Shown: in pieces, positions 51,218 to 51,492 of the stretch
Layout: each line of letters begins with the position of its first letter
Numbering within the stretch: the first letter of the stretch is position 1
Assembly (NCBI GenBank): GCA_945874835.1
Contig: CAMCJM010000001.1
Coordinates: 1-51,492, forward strand
Origin: Pseudomonas synxantha
GTDB taxonomy: Bacteria; Pseudomonadota; Gammaproteobacteria; Pseudomonadales; Pseudomonadaceae
Length of the DNA: 51,492 nt
Direction of reading: 5' to 3'
Notes under the pieces: generated by a model
What the model was told of the DNA's origin: nothing
Databases searched by the model: none
What the model saw: the letters and a program-made list of their open reading frames with translations, nothing else
Made by a program: the position numbers and the translations under genes

Positions 51218-51343
51218 TCAGGCCTGCCAAGGATTGACGATGGCAACGCCCAGGTAGTCGAAGTGACGGACATTGCGCGTAGCCACACGCGCATCATGCA
51301 GAGCGGCAATGGCAGCAATCTGACCATCAGCCATATCAACGAC
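51218..51343 (-). pseudogene. 3' fragment of a PIN-domain (VapC-like) toxin gene cut by IS3
   Basis: Reads VVDMADGQIAAIAALHDARVATRNVRHFDYLGVAIVNPWQA*, with the PIN motifs DxxIAAxA, ATRN and NPW. Confidence 0.85.
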
Positions 51344-51344
51344 C

Positions 51345-51492
51345 TGTAGTGGTCAAGTTTTCCCGGACACCAAGATAGGTGTTTTATCGACCGATTCCCG
51401 CTCAAAGACGGAGGGTGGTCGGTAGCCCAGTTTTGAATGCAGGCGGGTGCTGTTGTAGAAGCCCACGATGTAGTCGGTGATATCCCGAGTCG
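51345..51492 (-). mobile_element. Right end of an IS3-family element (partial)
   Basis: Terminal repeat TGTAGTGGTCAAGTTTTCCCGGACACC (51345-51371) plus the transposase C-terminus. Confidence 0.88.
51353..51490 (-). CDS. IS3-family transposase OrfB, C-terminal fragment
   Basis: Reads TRDITDYIVGFYNSTRLHSKLGYRPPSVFE..GKT*, matching the YNxxRxHSxLGY motif; the stop lies inside the terminal repeat. Confidence 0.88.
   Translation of the reverse strand, partial: TRDITDYIVGFYNSTRLHSKLGYRPPSVFERESVDKTPILVSGKT

Noticed and set aside
51277-51286. GCGTAGCCAC identical to the tRNA 3' end (51132-51141), as a possible att duplicate
   Set aside because: It is only 10 bp and lies inside the codons of the conserved VATR PIN motif, so it is most likely coincidence.
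50893-51405. Track ORFs 50893-51099 and 51196-51405
   Set aside because: The first is antisense to the tRNA and its promoter. The second crosses the IS junction in a frame different from the PIN and transposase frames.

Overview
This is a Pseudomonas (sensu lato) core-chromosome segment with a partial insertion sequence at each end. The left end is the istB tail and right terminus of an IS21-family element next to the RsmZ small RNA. The minus-strand core order is rpoS, nlpD, DUF368, pcm, surE, truD, ispF, fghA, adhC, (divergent LysR), ispD, ftsB, eno, kdsA, pyrG, tilS, accA, dnaE, rnhB, lpxB, lpxA, fabZ, lpxD, skp, bamA, rseP, dxr, cdsA, uppS, frr, pyrH, tsf, rpsB and the t44 leader. Then, mostly on the plus strand, come map, glnD, dapC, an ArsC/YffB-like gene, dapD, csdA, csdE, an orphan solute-binding protein (-), tcdA (-), ndvB, dapE, an rlmA-like gene, a hypothetical gene and tRNA-Met. 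After the tRNA are short direct repeats, the 3' part of a PIN/VapC toxin gene missed by the ORF track, and an IS3-family element that interrupts it; this looks like the edge of a tRNA-integrated island. I see no complete novel multi-gene system. The best leads are the IS3-broken vapC at tRNA-Met, a MITE-like palindrome with nested inverted inserts at the eno stop codon, a possible CTP-sensing pyrG promoter, and several C-to-T-type substitutions at positions I recall as conserved. Family assignments come from motif recognition and recall, not database searches.
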